Shown in pieces: positions 24,119 through 38,949 of a stretch of 64,000 nucleotides of DNA. The notes beneath the pieces are model-generated. The model was not told the DNA's origin and did no database searches. It worked only from the letters and a program-made list of their open reading frames with translations. How positions within the stretch are numbered: position 1 is the stretch's first letter; every line of letters starts with the position of its first letter. The DNA is from Marsupella aquatica (lineage: Eukaryota > Plantae > Marchantiophyta), in assembly GCA_973895155.1 (NCBI GenBank), contig OZ316893.1:5718171-5782170 (forward strand), in the 5' to 3' direction. Position numbers and translations under genes: made by a program.

Positions 24119-27100
24119 TCAGCTTCTGTTCCGACCGCGAGACCTGTATCACAGTTCCAAAGCACCAATTGCATAAACTTGAGAAATTTGTATTACTTTG
24201 AGGCGTTCCATAAACTGAGAAAAAAAGCAGACTCATTGAACAGGGTCAGCTATTACACCTGCCAAACGGAACACATAAATGCATGATGATATTTCTACCA
24301 TATAAGTTACCTTGGAGAACGAGGGTATGACCTTATCGGGCTTCTACTCCTGCTCCTTTGATACCTGGTGTCGACCAATCCACAGGCCATTACTCAGTAC
24401 AACCGCTATGATTAGGGTTCGTACCTTATGATATGCAGACGTAGGTCTATAACCAGATTATTTGGCACTGGGACAAAGCAGGTCTAGGAAGACCAGGACT
24501 CCTTAACGAAATTAAATCCAGAACACATAGGAATTGATACACTTGACTGCAGAAAGTCAAGCCTTTACATTCAGCTACACTTACAGCGTGGAAAACTCAA
24601 TGATATTCTAAATTCAAAAAATGGGACTAGTAACAACTATGATCATCATCCCTTACCACTGCCTACCTTCAAACAACTCAGACTAGTTGGTGATAAACAT
24701 TAAAACATCCAGCCATCCAATAGCTACGAGCAGTATTTCAAATGACAGCGTCGGGTGTAAACAGAGGGTAGACAGACGAAGCATTCAAATTCAACCTTTT
24801 CGGAGAACGGCTCTCAGAGCGATTGTGGTGCTTTCTTTGCGCAATTCTCCTAGTCTCGGCTATTTTCTCTTGCCTCTCCTTCTCTTGCTCTCTTCTCTTT
24901 GCCGTTTCTGTTACTGTGTCCTTCTTAACTGCAAAAGCGGGATAATGTTTAAGAAAATCATCACGGCAGGAAATCCACTCTGCACATCAGGTCATGCACA
25001 TGAGGCAAATTGAACCAGGCGATGGGATCTTAGCTTGGAATCAACTGGTGCGGGCTTTACCATCGACAGAAACAAATTCTTGTTTCGCATACCCAAAAAC
25101 TTCACACCCGGTGCACCTAAATGCCTTATTCACAACTTCTGACGAATGACAGCTACTATGTGCGAAGACAATACACCTTCTCTACAAATCTAGAATTGAT
25201 CTTGAGTGCATAAGTACAAATCCAACTACCACTACATACAACTGCACTGAAAGTTTCAGGCCCAGCTCCACGTAAATCGACTACAGTGGAATCTACACAA
25301 ATTGTAGCATGGGGGACCAGGCAAGAGCGACCTACTTTGTTTATTAAGTTGCTTGCTCATTATCCTTTTCAGGCGTTCCTGTGGGGTCTCTTTCTGTTCA
25401 CCAGCCTGAGGTTTTTGAGAGGGAGTGCCAGTAGACACAGAAGCCTTGCTGAGCTTTGCAATTGCCGAAGCTGATGAAGCACTGCACAACAAGTGATAAA
25501 TCTCATTGGTACAGATGATATTCTAGAACAATGTACGACATGCAAGGATGGTTAACATGCTGACAATCCACAGTAAATGGTACGTCCCATCCTCTCTTCC
25601 TAAGCAACTCTGACGGTTGGAACTCTAACTAAGTATCAGCAAGTCATTACATTCGACATTTCCACTCCATGGGCAGTACCACATTTCACAGCGTTTACCT
25701 AGAGGGTGGGGCCTTTGATTCCCTGTGCGTTCTCTCCCAGTCAGAGGTCACTGCACCAGAGGCTGCAGCAGTTGCAGCTGGGTCAACATAAAGTGCCTCA
25801 AGGATACGGCCTGCGGGATGCCTGCATAGTATACAATTCCGAAATTTCACTTGAGCAAGGGCATTTCTTAATTAGAAATAATTGTTAGCACAACAGGGTT
25901 GGAGGACGTCACCTATCCCATGATGCTCTCACTAAGTTTACCCTAGTCAAACCCACCCAGTCCCTACATGTCAGCTCACACAGCTGACTGCTGTGCTAGA
26001 AGAGAGCTACATGTAATTTTGACAGGGTTGTGCGCCCTGGGCCCAACCTACCCCAAGACCACCCAGGTGCCTGCCTTGGGGTGCCAGGCGTAGCAGACGA
26101 AGCTGCAGCACGACAAAGAGTGGGGCCAAGCTATGATCGTTGCAGGTCTTAAAGGTCCAGTGCTCCGACCGGTTCATAGATTCAAGTTGAGATGGAGGTG
26201 ATGATGGCGGAGCGACTCCCCCCCCAGCAAGAGCCTGCTCTCCCTCTGCTCCCCCGCCAAATTCCGTGATGTACTCTATTTTAGGAGTTGACGCTCGGGT
26301 TCGTCTCCTCTTGTCACGGTCCCTGCTACGCTCGCTATACCGTTCATATCGCCTTGATCCCGGAGAAGGTGAACGTGATCTTGACCTAGACCTTTCCCTG
26401 GATGGAACGGATATAAAATAATTAGGCCAAGAATTTTTCCGCAAAAAGTTCACAGGATTTGTTGTAAATACATTCGGAATAAACAATATTACTCGCATGC
26501 ACCTTCATCCTGTCAACTCACATGGAAAGCTCTTTTGTATCATAGGCTATAAATGAACCTCACCTTCTTGAACGCGGGTATGCCTCGTAGGTTGGACTTC
26601 CTCTTGGTTCCCTGCATTCATTCAAAACATAACGGGAAACTGGGATGAAACTCCCTTCACATTCCAGAAACATCTAAGACAAGAAGACAAAGATGACATA
26701 AGAAAATCTCTTTCCGCGTAAATGATTTTGGCCTACACTGTTTTGTACCCGGACGACAACAAAGCTGGAAACCTCCAGCCACTTAGCAACGTTTCAAGTA
26801 GCACAGTCAAGTAGCTAATAAGGAAAAGCCAAACTGGACAAGTTCGTACGAGTCACCTGTAAGGATCGTGGTACGATAATCTGGTGGTTGCCAATCTTGC
26901 AGCTTCCTTTTCTTTTTCTCTTTCCTGCTGTGAAGCCTTGCGTCTCTCTTTGCGGCTCAATTTCCTCTGAATATTTCATTAAAAGAAGTCTTCAAAAACA
27001 CAAAAAGCTCCCCATTGCAAACAACGTAGCCCCAAAACCTACTGGCCTAGCATCAAAGGTATAATCGAGATCCTGCTCTAGTCAATAAACACTAGACTAA

Positions 27101-29563
27101 AGCTCAAGGACACAGATTTGCAGTTTTATATGTAACAAGAATGTTGTTCCCTAAAGAAGTGGAAGCGTAGAGATACGGACCATTGCTGGATCGCCTTTGG
27201 CAGCCTCCTTCTGCCTTTTCTCTTCTTCCTTGGCTTTCCTATCAAGATGGACTAACCAGTTGAAGCGTTGCACTCCATGATCTTTTCCAATATTTTCAAT
27301 CTCGTCGTCCTCGCTGTCTTCACTACTAGTCACATCTTCTTCCTCTTCCTCTTCCTCGTCATCACTGTCGGCCCCCTGGTTATCGTCGCGACCATCTGCT
27401 TCGTAGGCAAAACCAACCTGGGCATATGCCCCTCGGCCTGCTGTTCCTTGAAGAACTCGTTGTCTGCCATCCAGAACATACAACCGGAATACATCAAAGG
27501 TCTGAAGACCGGAAAGTTTGCAGACGACAGAACAGGCAAAGAGCAATGCAGTGTTGAGGGGCATCGTAGCCCCTACAACACTTCACTCGGCATATACCTA
27601 TCCTACTTCCGTCCTAGTCTCATTAACGAGGTTCTTTTAGCAGCGTGTATAATATTATCAATCTTAAATTAAAATAATACAACTTGGGGTACCTGTCTCC
27701 AGGTAATGGCGCAATCGCTCTAGTCTCAAGCTCCAGCTCAACGTCCTCAAGCCCTTGTTCGTCGCTGACTGGAGCAATCAGCCATGAACATCAATTTAGG
27801 ATGGATCCCGTTGCAACCTCAAAGATATCTTCTTACGACTCTGAGAATAGCCTCCTCTGTACAGCAAAATACAGCATCCGACTCTTACCCTAGGTTCCGG
27901 AAAACACACTCCTCTTTCCCAAAAATCATAGCATCAGAGAATTCTTGAGAAGGAAAAGGGTCTACTCGTCACAAAACTTTCGTCTCTTTCCTGCATGGTT
28001 TATTGGGTCGCGAGAATTTCGAACGACTAGGACGAGAAAGTTGGGTAATGAACCATTGCTTCATAATTGGGATCCAATGTCAGTAATTCGGGGCTAGATG
28101 TTCTCATCAATGAGGAGGTAGCAAACACGTCGCATGCGAAACACAAAGGTATAAAGAAGAATAGGGACCAACATATACACGTCAGCAATGGTGGTCAACG
28201 GGTTTCAGGTACCGACATCCACGTCGCCGCTGTTTGATCAAGTCTCGATAACGCTCAAAGTTTACCAGCTCTTCTAGCTCCTCTTCCTCGTCCGTTTTCT
28301 CACGGACAACCCGGTGTCTTGGATCGTACTCTCGTATTACATCTAGAAGAGCGCGGCCATCAAACCTGCCAAGGTACCAATCCAGGTTCATGTCAAACAT
28401 GCCAATATTCTTTTCATTTGCTCGCCGAATACATTTGGAGGAAGAGGAATACAATAAGAACGTGTATATTCTCCCACGTTGCTGGCAACATGCACTGTCA
28501 TATCAGGTGGTTTCCTTTGCTCTGAATTCTTCAAGGGAGATACGGGAAGAGGCACAACACAAGGAACGAGCCCTCATCCTTACCTATCAATCAGATTATC
28601 CTCCTTGCCATTCCACGGAATCCTGCAAAAAACAAACCAACCATAAAGCACAGTGGCGTTTAACTCGAGGCTACCTCAAAAAATTCAGACCGCCGAAAAT
28701 CTGTTGCAACAAATAAATCTCTCGAACGCCATGAGCTGCTGACACTACGAGATCTTTTATAGATTTTCTAAACGAAAAACTCTATCGAGGTACAGAAAAC
28801 AGAAATCTTGTACAGGGAAGGAACTACAGATACAGGTAAAGCAAAAGAAAAAGAAATCCAGGCAACGAAACCAAACGCGCGATAGATTATGGATTCCTTT
28901 CACAATTCCCTCACCACCTGTAATCGGCGATGTCTAGGGAAAACTTCAATCAGACTCATCCACATTGTCAATCTCACGAAAAGAGGTGAGTTTGTTTTGG
29001 GCTATGTAGTAAAGAAAGGTGGGTTGTTCAAAAACTGCAATGAAACTGACGGTGAAAACTTGGACATCGCGAGATATGCCACTCAGAGAGCGAAATGCCA
29101 CTCAGAGAAAGAAATGAAGCTACGAGTGAGTTAGAGATTTTTACTGCTGGGAACGTCTGCGGGTGTTTGCATCAAACAGTGCTGGACATTTCACTCTTTA
29201 CAGTAGTGGTGAGTTCATAGTTGCACGCGCGTACTTCCGCAATATCTTACATCCGCCGACCATCAGGTCAAGCCCACCCTAATCAAGACAGCACGATAGT
29301 TTTCCCCTAATTTTACAGACACTGCATCCAAGGCCAGAGAAGAAGAAACGGAAAGATATAACATACAGGCCCTGCTGTTCTTGAGTTGCCTGATATATCG
29401 CGGCGTCATGGTGCATACGGCAACGAGAGCCAACGAGACGCAAAGATTGGTGCGGGTCGCCTCTACGTTTAGCGAGGAAGAGTGCCCTCCTTTCGGACCT
29501 CTTCCGCGCAGCATCCATTAACTCATGAACCTTCTTCTCCGATCTCCGCGCCTCGTGCCACAT
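24119..29563 (-). CDS. CLASRP: CLK4-associating Ser/Arg-rich protein (CLASRP/SFRS16, SWAP-like) homolog, about 13 exons
   Basis: N-terminus MWHEARRSEKKVHELMDAARKRSERRA...RRGDP. In-phase GT-AG exons include 29367-29563, 28584-28622 (IPWNGKEDNLIDR), 28217-28365 (FDGRALLD...VNFERYRDL), 27693-27768 and 27181-27463. Later exons carry KIEYITEFGG, KETPQERLKRIMSKQLNKQ and RS-rich sequence (24311-24364, 24119-24143) ending in TGA. Confidence 0.9.
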
Positions 29564-29990
29564 CTTGTCGCAAATACTAACACCCGCCTTGATAAATTAA
29601 ACCAATGTCAAGTTCTCGATCGGGCTACGCGCCTGCGCTGCTTCAAAACACATACTCCCACTGGTTACAAGCAGGAAACCTCCTCTTCGACTCGAAATTC
29701 AATTATCATCACCTCTAGGGTAACCAACGCTCTCCATCTCCGTCTCCGCCAACTTCCACAATCGTCTCCACCCTCCAACCCCGACGCGAAGTGATTACCT
29801 GCATCGTCATTGCTTCATCTTACAAAATTGCATTAGGGCTGTTCTGCTCCTTATTTCGTTACACCGTTTCCTCAGTCTTCCCCATTTCAGCGATGAAACA
29901 TACTCTTCGCCACAGTCTCTGCATGGTCCCCACCCCAAGGCGTCGTTCTCCACATCCTCCTTCCTCTGTTTGATTCCCCTCCGCTGTCCG

Positions 29991-30018
<28 letters not shown>
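29991..30018. repeat. (CT)n microsatellite upstream of the CLASRP-like start (GAGA on the sense strand)
   Basis: CT x 14. Confidence 0.9.
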
Positions 30019-30022
<4 letters not shown>

Positions 30023-30340
30023 CAGTAACGACTAAAAGTCTCAGCGAATTGATCGAAACCTCCACAAATAGCAACGAGCACGATCACGTTTTCAAGCAAT
30101 CATTCATTCACCGAAAAGAGGAAGACAATAAGTTCCGAGATTCTTTCAAAATACCTCTCCGGAGCTTTATTTTAAGTAAGCCTCTCTCTCGGACCGTGCG
30201 GAGGAGGCGATCTCCCCCTCCTAAACTCCTGACCAGGATTCGACAGAATTCTAACGAGACACGACAAGCGGAATAGTGTAGTGTACTTTTACTGGTGCGT
30301 CGATTGATTTTCAAAGTCGTGGCTCGTTCTTGACATAGTA

Positions 30341-30643
30341 GTGGGTCTCACATATGCAAAAAAAGTTGCAGAGACGGGCGGCCCTAGACGCAGTCGGGGC
30401 GCACCACGACAGGGTTAATGCAGGCCAGCATTTTTTGGGGTAGTGAATTATGAGACGGGTGGAGGGTGCAAATGTCAATGGCCTAGACCTCCTGGTTTTA
30501 GGTCTTTTGTTGGTTGGCATTGTAATCGCGGTCAGGTGGGGGTTTTGGTTAAAATTCCGGGGCATGACATCCTGTCAGGAGGCCCGGGTGCCCATACTCC
30601 CAGGCGCAGAAATTTCCTCAGACACCCTATATGTGAGACGCCC
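30341..30643. mobile_element. MITE candidate (303 bp) upstream of the CLASRP-like gene
   Basis: The left end GTGGGTCTCACATAT and the right end ATATGTGAGACGCCC form an inverted repeat matching at 13 of 15 positions, with TA on both outer sides. Confidence 0.6.
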
Positions 30644-32482
30644 TAGTTGAGGCAGAACGGGATGATCGACGGTCACCATTGTAATAATTGTTGTCCCACA
30701 TATTACCCTCACAAGTTACCATGAGCCACTATAGTATCTAATCCCACCCAAATTCCTATCTTCTCTCTTTACAAATTGACTCCTGGACAATAAGATCCTG
30801 GCTGTGGGAGGATGGGTCTGTTTTTTCTTTACCATTGGATAGTTCCTAGACCCCTCCTGAAGCCTGCCCACTCGCCTCCCCCACCCAAGCCACTATCACT
30901 CGGTCCTTGTGGGACTGTAATTATCCCTTTCCCATTTTTTCCTCCCCTTCATTGGGTTGCTTTTCGATTGGGATCATGTCTCCCGGTTCAATTTTTTCTT
31001 CCCCTTCATTGGGTTGCTTTGCCTTTGGGATCCTCCCAGTTCGATTTTTTTGCCCTTGGGCAGTGTGATATACTGTAATTATCCTATACCTATACTTGTG
31101 CCAGAGGAGGAGGAGAGAAGAGGGGGGGGGGAGGGGTGGCAAGGAAAATTGCATCCTCCCTTTGTCACTATCTCCTACCTTTTACCCAAACCCTGTCATG
31201 CCCTCACATCCCCCCTAGCTTGCCCTCTTGTCGAATGGCCAGCAGGACCACACAGTGCTATGACCCGACCTGAAGTGCAATGCCGCTTCCTACATTTTGC
31301 TTTGAAGAAACTTTTGCATCAATCCCAATCTCAGCATCAACAACACCCTCTACAACACTTTGTTGTGTCTGCAACACTTCCTTTCCTCAATGACTTCCTT
31401 GTTGCAATGACACTTCCATGCCTCAATGACTTTATTGCCTCAAAAATGCATCCTTGCATCATTCAGACGTGAAACATTTTCGGCGCAATGAAGGGCATTG
31501 GGCTTTTCTATACTATAATTTGTGATCAGGTCCACCAGTCATGCCCTACCCGTACACTTCTCATAGGCCCTTATTTTTCTAACAACATATCTTGATATCT
31601 AGACTAAGCTTATGAGTATCGATACACAGTGGGAATTTAGGTACAATAGCCCTTCGATCTTGAGCATACTATTCTGGCTCCTTCACCAAAATACCCCTCT
31701 TCACTCTGTGAATTGCAACTTTTCCACCACCCCTATCAGCTGGAAAATGTACTCTAGCTGCCATGCAATGTACACTCTAGTCAAGATTTACTGTACAATA
31801 TAGGTTAAGATCTGTTGCAAGTTTAACACATAGTCATTGTAGTTGAAAGTACATTTTTTGCCAATCTGACATGTAGCTACTAGGTTCTCACAACACTTGA
31901 TGTACTGATTTGCTTCAACAAAGTTTGGTTTTGCAATCGAACATCCTTGCAAACTCAGGGTGGCTTTACAAGATATTAGTGGCCGTTTCAACCTTTTTCT
32001 GATCTCCAAGATGTGATTAGGATTGGGGAGATATGGCTGCATTTCACTTTACAAGTTGTTGAGGCAGGTTTTCCTACATTGTTGCCAATTGTACAGGGAA
32101 TGGAATGGAGTGGAGCCCAAATTTTGTTTATGTGGAGCACATTTTCCCAGATTTGAGACCACCTCTCTTGGAAGTCCCTTCATATGGCAGCTTGGTCCAT
32201 TCCTATTTTGAGTCATTTGCATTTAAAGTGGACCCACAAGTACTTCATGAGATATTCACTTGTCAAAGTTATTTGACTTTGAGGTGGAGTGGGTTCCCAT
32301 CTTGTCTCTTAGCAAAGTACTCTAGCAACATTTGCTGGAATTAGCTTTAGAACACATTGGGGGCCATAGAAGGAATCCAAAAACTTGTTTAGACCAGGTA
32401 CACAATCTGCACTATGTGAAATGGCCCTCCAGTTTGCTTTGGTGTAAAAGTTCACAAGTGCCCCCCACCATCTTCTAAAGCC

Positions 32483-32826
32483 TGTTGAGCATAAATGACA
32501 TTCGCAACTGCAAGCCCATGAACCATCCAACACACAAGAGTCAACACAAAGAGATACGTGGTTCACCTTCACATGAGGCTACGTCCACGGGAACACACAA
32601 GAGCTTTATTGCACTCTAGGCCGATAGGCCATACCAAACATCCACAACACAAGCTCTCCCTATCTCTCAACTAGCTCCGTAACAATGAGCCTAAGTTCCA
32701 CCAGGGTCTGGCATCAGCCCTGGCTTAATACACAACAACACTACCGCTAACATTAACTAGATCCTAACCCGAGTTAGCCTAATTGTGGTTAGCTCATGAG
32801 TCACAAGACTAGAGCAATATCTAACA
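32483..32826 (-). repeat. 3' LTR of the copia element
   Basis: 344 bp, TG...CA, colinear with 40474-40815. Confidence 0.95.
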
Positions 32827-33033
32827 AACTCCCCCTTGACTCTTGTTTTGGGGACTGGACTAAATGCTACCATATGTAATCCTCAGCGGGAAGTTCTAGA
32901 CGATCACCTAAACAGGTCTCCCCCTAAAAACCACAAGGGTTAACTAAGGGTTAACTAGAACTAAGCCGTAGCCAAACTGGAATGAGTAATCCACATACAA
33001 ATAGTCACACATTGCTAAATAACTCTACTTGAA

Positions 33034-36000
33034 CTACAATTGCAAAACCTGCAAAGTAACACAGTGTCTTGAGAAACTCTCCAAAGGAATCACTTTGGTA
33101 AAGGCATCAGCAGGATTGAGCTTTCCATCAATCTTGACTAGCTCAAAAGTTTTATCAGACACTGTTTGCCTGATAAAATGGTATCGGATATCAATGTGCT
33201 TCACCCTGCTATCCATTACCTGGTTAGCAGCCAAGTGAAGAGCACTATGACTATCACAGTTTAGAGTCATTTTGCCATGCTCTAAACCCATCTCCGCGAT
33301 CAACTTGTCCAACCAAATTGCTTCCTTTGTTGCTTCTGCTGCTGCAACATACTCTGCTTCTGTAACATACTCTGCTTCTGTAGTAGACCAAGATATACAC
33401 TTCTGCAAGGTAGATTTCTAACTGATACGTCATCCTCCTCCAAGAGTAAATACAAACCTAGTTGTAGAGTAAATACTCTTGGCCCTTCTTCATAAAGCCT
33501 ACTGGCTGTTTCATGAAGATCATCTCTTTCAAGTTGTCATAGAGAAAAGCAGTAACAACATCCATTTGATCCATCACCAGACCAAAAAACACAACAAGCT
33601 GACACAAGATCCGAATTGTAGAATACTTAGCCACCGGTGAAAAGACCTCATTGTAATCCACTCCTTTCTCCTGAGTGAATCCCTTGGTAACAAGCCTTGC
33701 CTTGTAGATCTTGTCTCCACCCTCTAAAGGAATGTCCTTCAACTTGTAAATCCACTGTCTTGCTGTCTTGCTTGCTATCCACCACTTGCTGACCTCTTGG
33801 AAGCTCCACGAGCTCCCATGTCTTGTTGTCACTCAAAGATTGCAACTCCCTCTGCATTGCTGCATTCCACTCATGCTTCTGCTCTGAAGCACAAGCCTCA
33901 CTGTATAAAGAAGGCTCTCCTTCTTCCAAGATCAAAGCCATATCATCTTCATCAAGTGCAATGTCAATATCATCTAGGTTAGATGAGTTTGCCCATTGAC
34001 CATACCTGGTAGGAACTCTAGTAGAACGACTGGAAGTTCTTCTAGTAGATGATTCAGGCTGATCTGTTGCTGCTGCTGGCTGAATTTGAGGTACCCCAAT
34101 AACTATCTGCTCCTCTTGTTCCAACACAAGAACCAGCTCCAAGCCGGAGCCTCTCCATCTCTTTTGTCATGAACAACATCATGACTAATCTCCTCCTCAA
34201 CCCGGTCCGGGATGGGAGATTTCCCCTTGTCGATCAGTATGGGAGTCCTGAGAACTTTCCCCCTCCTTTGATGATCTAGACTCATTAAAGGACACATCTC
34301 TACTGACAATTAGCTTACAGGTTACTGGATCCCATAACCTATAACCCTTCACACCTTTCTGATAGCCAAGGAAAATGCACTTCTTTGACTTGGACTCCAA
34401 CTTGGATTGAAGTTGGGAAGGTATAAGCACATAAGCATCACATCCAAAAATCCTCAGATGTGAATAATATGTTGGACACTTGTACGTCATTTCAAATGGC
34501 GTCTTGAATCCAATAGAACTGGATGGAGAAAAATTTACCAAATAAGCTTCAATGTTGACAGCTTCAGCCCAAAACTCATGTGGTAAGCATGATTGACTCA
34601 ACATACTCCTCGAGCGATCCAATAGTGTTCGGTTGAGTCTTTTAGAAACACCATTCTGCTGAGGAGTATAATTTGTTGTGAGATGACGGGTAATCCCCTA
34701 CTCCTTACAATACGTTCCAAATTCCCCGGAACTGTATTCACCACCGTTATCCGATCGTAGATATCTCACCTTATTACCAGTCTGATTCTCAACTTGGGCT
34801 TTCCACTCCTTAAAAATGGCAAAAACATCAGATTTACATGTAAAAAGTATATCCACACATACCTTGAGTAATCGTCTATGAACCTGACATAGTATAATTG
34901 TCCAGAATGTGAGGGAGTAGGGGTTGGACCCCACACATCACTATGTACATACTCAAGTACCTCCTTGCTGATGTGAGTTCCAACTCCGAAGGGTTTCCTA
35001 TGCTGTTTCCCAAGCACACAATACTCACAGAATTCCAACTTATTTACAAGATTGCAAATTAGAAAGTAATCTTTTTTCTGAAGAATAACCAAACCTTTTT
35101 CACTCATATGGCCCAAACAAAAGTGTCACAGCTAGGCCGTCTCCTCATGAGATAAGGTTACATTGGATTCATCATAGTCTACATTGCCCTCCGAAACGTA
35201 TAGATTTTTATGTCTCTTTCTCTTCAATACAACCTTAGTACCAGTTGAAACCTAAAGGACATTATTAGAAGAACTCCACCGATGGCCATTTGCTTTTAAA
35301 ACTCCAAGTGAAATGAGATTTTTCATCATGCTGGGAATATGTCTCACATTCCTCAACGTTCTCACAACTCTATCAAACATCTGAAATCTAACAGATCCAA
35401 GTCCAACTACTTGACATGGGATTCTATTTCCCATCAACACTATCCCATTGGAAACCGTGTAAGAACTGAAAAAATTTCTCCGAGAGCAAATGTGAAAAGT
35501 ACATGCACTATCTAGAATCCAATCATCACTACGTGGATTTGACACTACGTTGAGAGCATAACCTTGGCATCACAATATGTCATCATCATCGAGTAAATTT
35601 ACCTCATGCAAGCTTGATGCCGCATTAGATGATGCAGTAGGGTCTTTTACTCGACAATCCCTTTTCATGTGGCCAGGCTTGCCACATCTCCAACATGCAA
35701 GAGACTTTCTCTCTTGCGATTTCCCTCTGGATTTAGATCTCCCCCGTGATGTAGATCTAAACCTGTTCTGCCCATTCGTGCACTGCGCTGGTCTTCCCCG
35801 ATTCACATTCAACGTAGTGCCAAAAGACGATGTTGTCTATGCTTGACCCAGTTTCTTCTGAGCATCATCAAACAGTAATGAGCTCACCACCTCATTATAC
35901 GAAATGGACTTCAGATCTCTATACAAGAGTACCTGTTCCAAGCCCTGATAAGACGAAGGTAAGGAGCTTAGCAGAAGCAAGACCTTATCCTCATCTTCAA

Positions 36001-36484
36001 CTCCCTTTCCCAGGTTTGACAGATCCACCGCTAGACTGTCAAACTCATCCAGGTGATCCTACAGCTTGCTCTCTTTCTTGAGCCCGAGGCTCATCAAGAG
36101 AGACTTCTTGTACAACCGGTCTAACGCATTTTCCTGGTAGTACTTCTCTCTTAGAGCCTTGAACAGTGACGTGCAATCCGCACAATCATCCAGCTTCTTG
36201 ATGATGTGCGGCTTGAGATAAAGCATCATTGTATTAACAACAATCACCTGCTCCTGTCTCCATTGCTTCTCGGATATCTCCTCTTCTCCATCATACTACT
36301 CTCACGAAGAGAGCAGATGAGCTAAGCCCATGGCCCGTAGAACACCTTTCACTTGCTTCTCCCATAGCAAGTAATCAGTACGACCATCGTACTTCTCCAC
36401 CTCAAACATCATTCCTCTGAATCTTGCCATCGCTCTCTTCTTTCCAATTACCGACAGTTCTGGTAATAATACAGCTTCCTCCAT
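33034..36484 (-). pseudogene. Fragmented copia gag-pol
   Basis: FEVEKYDG..YLLW (gag), CWRCGKPGHMKRDC (zinc knuckle), WILDSACTFHIC (protease), GHMSEKG, CEYCVLGK, VHSDVWGP, LRSDNGGEY and FWAEAV (integrase), YKARLV.KGFTQ and QMDVVTAFL (RT N-part), STTEAEY and KHIDIRYHFIR (RNase H). Many stops and frameshifts. Confidence 0.93.
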
Positions 36485-38949
36485 TGCACGTCACACCGGT
36501 GATCGTACCGGTGTTACTAGTTCCTCCTCAAATGGTAGCAGCTCCTCCTCAGACTCTCTGTTTGATCTTTGCGATCCTGAAGCTCCACCGACGCCAATTC
36601 TTCCAATATCCTCCGAGTCACTCATATGAAACAATCATAAAAAAATAGCTTTTTTTGAAACTTCTCATAAAACTCAAAACTCAACACCGTCGCGTAGCCC
36701 ACAAAGCTAGGAGTCCAATACTGAAAGCCGAGATCAAAATTGAAATTCAACGGAAAAGTTATTCAAATTTTGGTCGGGGTGGATAAAACCTTGGGAAACT
36801 CCCCCGTTTTGACCACCTCAGAGAATAACCCAAATACCAAGTATAACCCGTCATCGGAATTGCAATGTGATTGGTGCACCGCATTGCCAACTTCAATGGC
36901 TACGTCCTCGCCAAAAATAAAACCAAAAAAATTACCGTTCGGCGGACAGAATCTTTGTCGGACGGCCGAAAAACAAATCTCTGTTTTTTGGGAATATTCT
37001 CGCATAGTTTGACAGGTCTCACAGGGGGCCATTCTCCCTATCAGAGCGGTTAAAATGGAGGGCGACAGGTCCTGGCACAAGAGGAAAAGTGAAGGAGGAA
37101 GAAAATGCTAAAAAAGGGGCCTAAAGGGGGCCCTTAAAACCAAAGAATACCCTGTATGGGGTTAGGGATACACCCAGGAGGTACGATGGAGGAGCAAAGA
37201 CGGGAGCACGGGGGTTTAAGGCAGGGCCGGCGGCCATAAGGGCCGGCCGGAGGGAGGCCGACGGGGGACGCGGGGTTCGCAGGGGGGCGAGGCACCGGCT
37301 CTCCGAGTACAGGGTCGCGTGAGGGGCGAGGGTGGGAGGGGCAGCGTCCGGTCGCGCTTAGTGCGCCGGCTGGCGCTACGTGAGGCGCCGCTGCGCCTCC
37401 AATAACGGGAGTGCGGGGGGGTAACTCAAGTACACGGGGCCGGGAAGGGGTCGTGTGTATGTACACACACAAGGGGTTACAAAACCCCTATAAAACCAAA
37501 AACTAACTCCCACAAAATTTTAAGGAAAAAAAATAACTCACAAAAAGCCATTGTTTTAAGTGAGAAAAGTGAACGTCATCGACGGGAAAAGTTGCCGAAT
37601 TGCACCAGCACAGTCCGCAGCTCCAGCAAAGTAAAAAAATTCCGCCGCGTCGCCTTCACTCCGTGTGACAGGGCCCCAAACCTGGTAGTAACTTAGTGAT
37701 AACTTATAATTGCGTATATGAGTAGAAAGCAAGTAGGTGTAGCAAAAGTGTTTGGTTTTCAAAATTTTTAATTTTTGTTAGTTCTAAAAAATTGATGCGA
37801 CAACCGAAGGCCGGAGTAGAGAGGGGTGTCGGGCGGTGATGGATGACAAGGGAACCATTGAGGGGGTAAAAGGAGGCCACAAGGCAGCCCAAGGACTTGG
37901 AGCCAAGGTGTGGGCATCTTGGAGGGGTGGGGGCTGGTCGGAGGCTCCACGTAAAGCGCAAAACGGGAAAAATGACCAAAATATAGAAAACATTAAAACT
38001 TAAAATAGACGTTGCTGTGCTAGTACTATTCTAAACATGGTCATGTTTGGATTCAGTTTGAAGCCCTCAATGAGCCCATGCGAAACTGAGGTTTTCTAGT
38101 TGATTTTAGGTCTATATCAAACAGGGACATCTCTAGGGACCTCAATGCCCGTAAAATGACAAACTAGACAATCTTGGAGTAGTGATGGTGGGAGGGCCCT
38201 TAGAAGGAAGGGGTTCCCACAGTTGTGTTCCCCTTCACCCTTTGTGTGGTCCTCGCATGTTTTTTTTGCTCTCTTTCCCTTCCCCATCGTAGAAGGGCCA
38301 CCGTAGAAGGGGCCCTCACATTTTCTTCCTTCCCTTTTTCTCTATTCTCACTTGTGGGGTTTCCATCCATACCTAAACCCTAAACCCTTTCCCTCTTATG
38401 CTTGCTTTCAACGTGTGTACGGACCCTGGTTGTACGAACATCATATTTTCGACCATCTCAAAATCAGGAGTCTATGGGCTTGTTGGAAAGAGCTTGCTGA
38501 GCTGAATCCAACGATGTGTCACACGGCCAAAACGGAGCTAAGACGGGGGAGACACGATAGATCGCATTTTTTTGAGAATACGGGAGTTTTGAGTCCGTAC
38601 GGATGTCCGTACGGCAGGAGGTCCCAGCTTTGCAAGAGAAGGAGGAGGTAGCAGCACATACATGGAAACCGTGATCCGTGTTTTTCAAAGCCAGGGCCCC
38701 CTGGTGTTGTACAGGCGAAACGGAGGGAGACGGTGCCCTGTGAAAAGTTAAACGATCATATCTTGGTCGTTTGACCTCCGTTTTGTGCACTATTTATGGA
38801 GCCATGATCAAGAAGAGGAGGGCTCCTCATATATGTTTCAGAAAAGAATTCTGAGAAAATTTTAGTTTCGACAATTATAGGGGCCCCCTCCTTTTACAAC
38901 GAACCGGTGGTGGCGATCAGGAGGATTGAGGCTGGTAGGTAGGGTAAAT

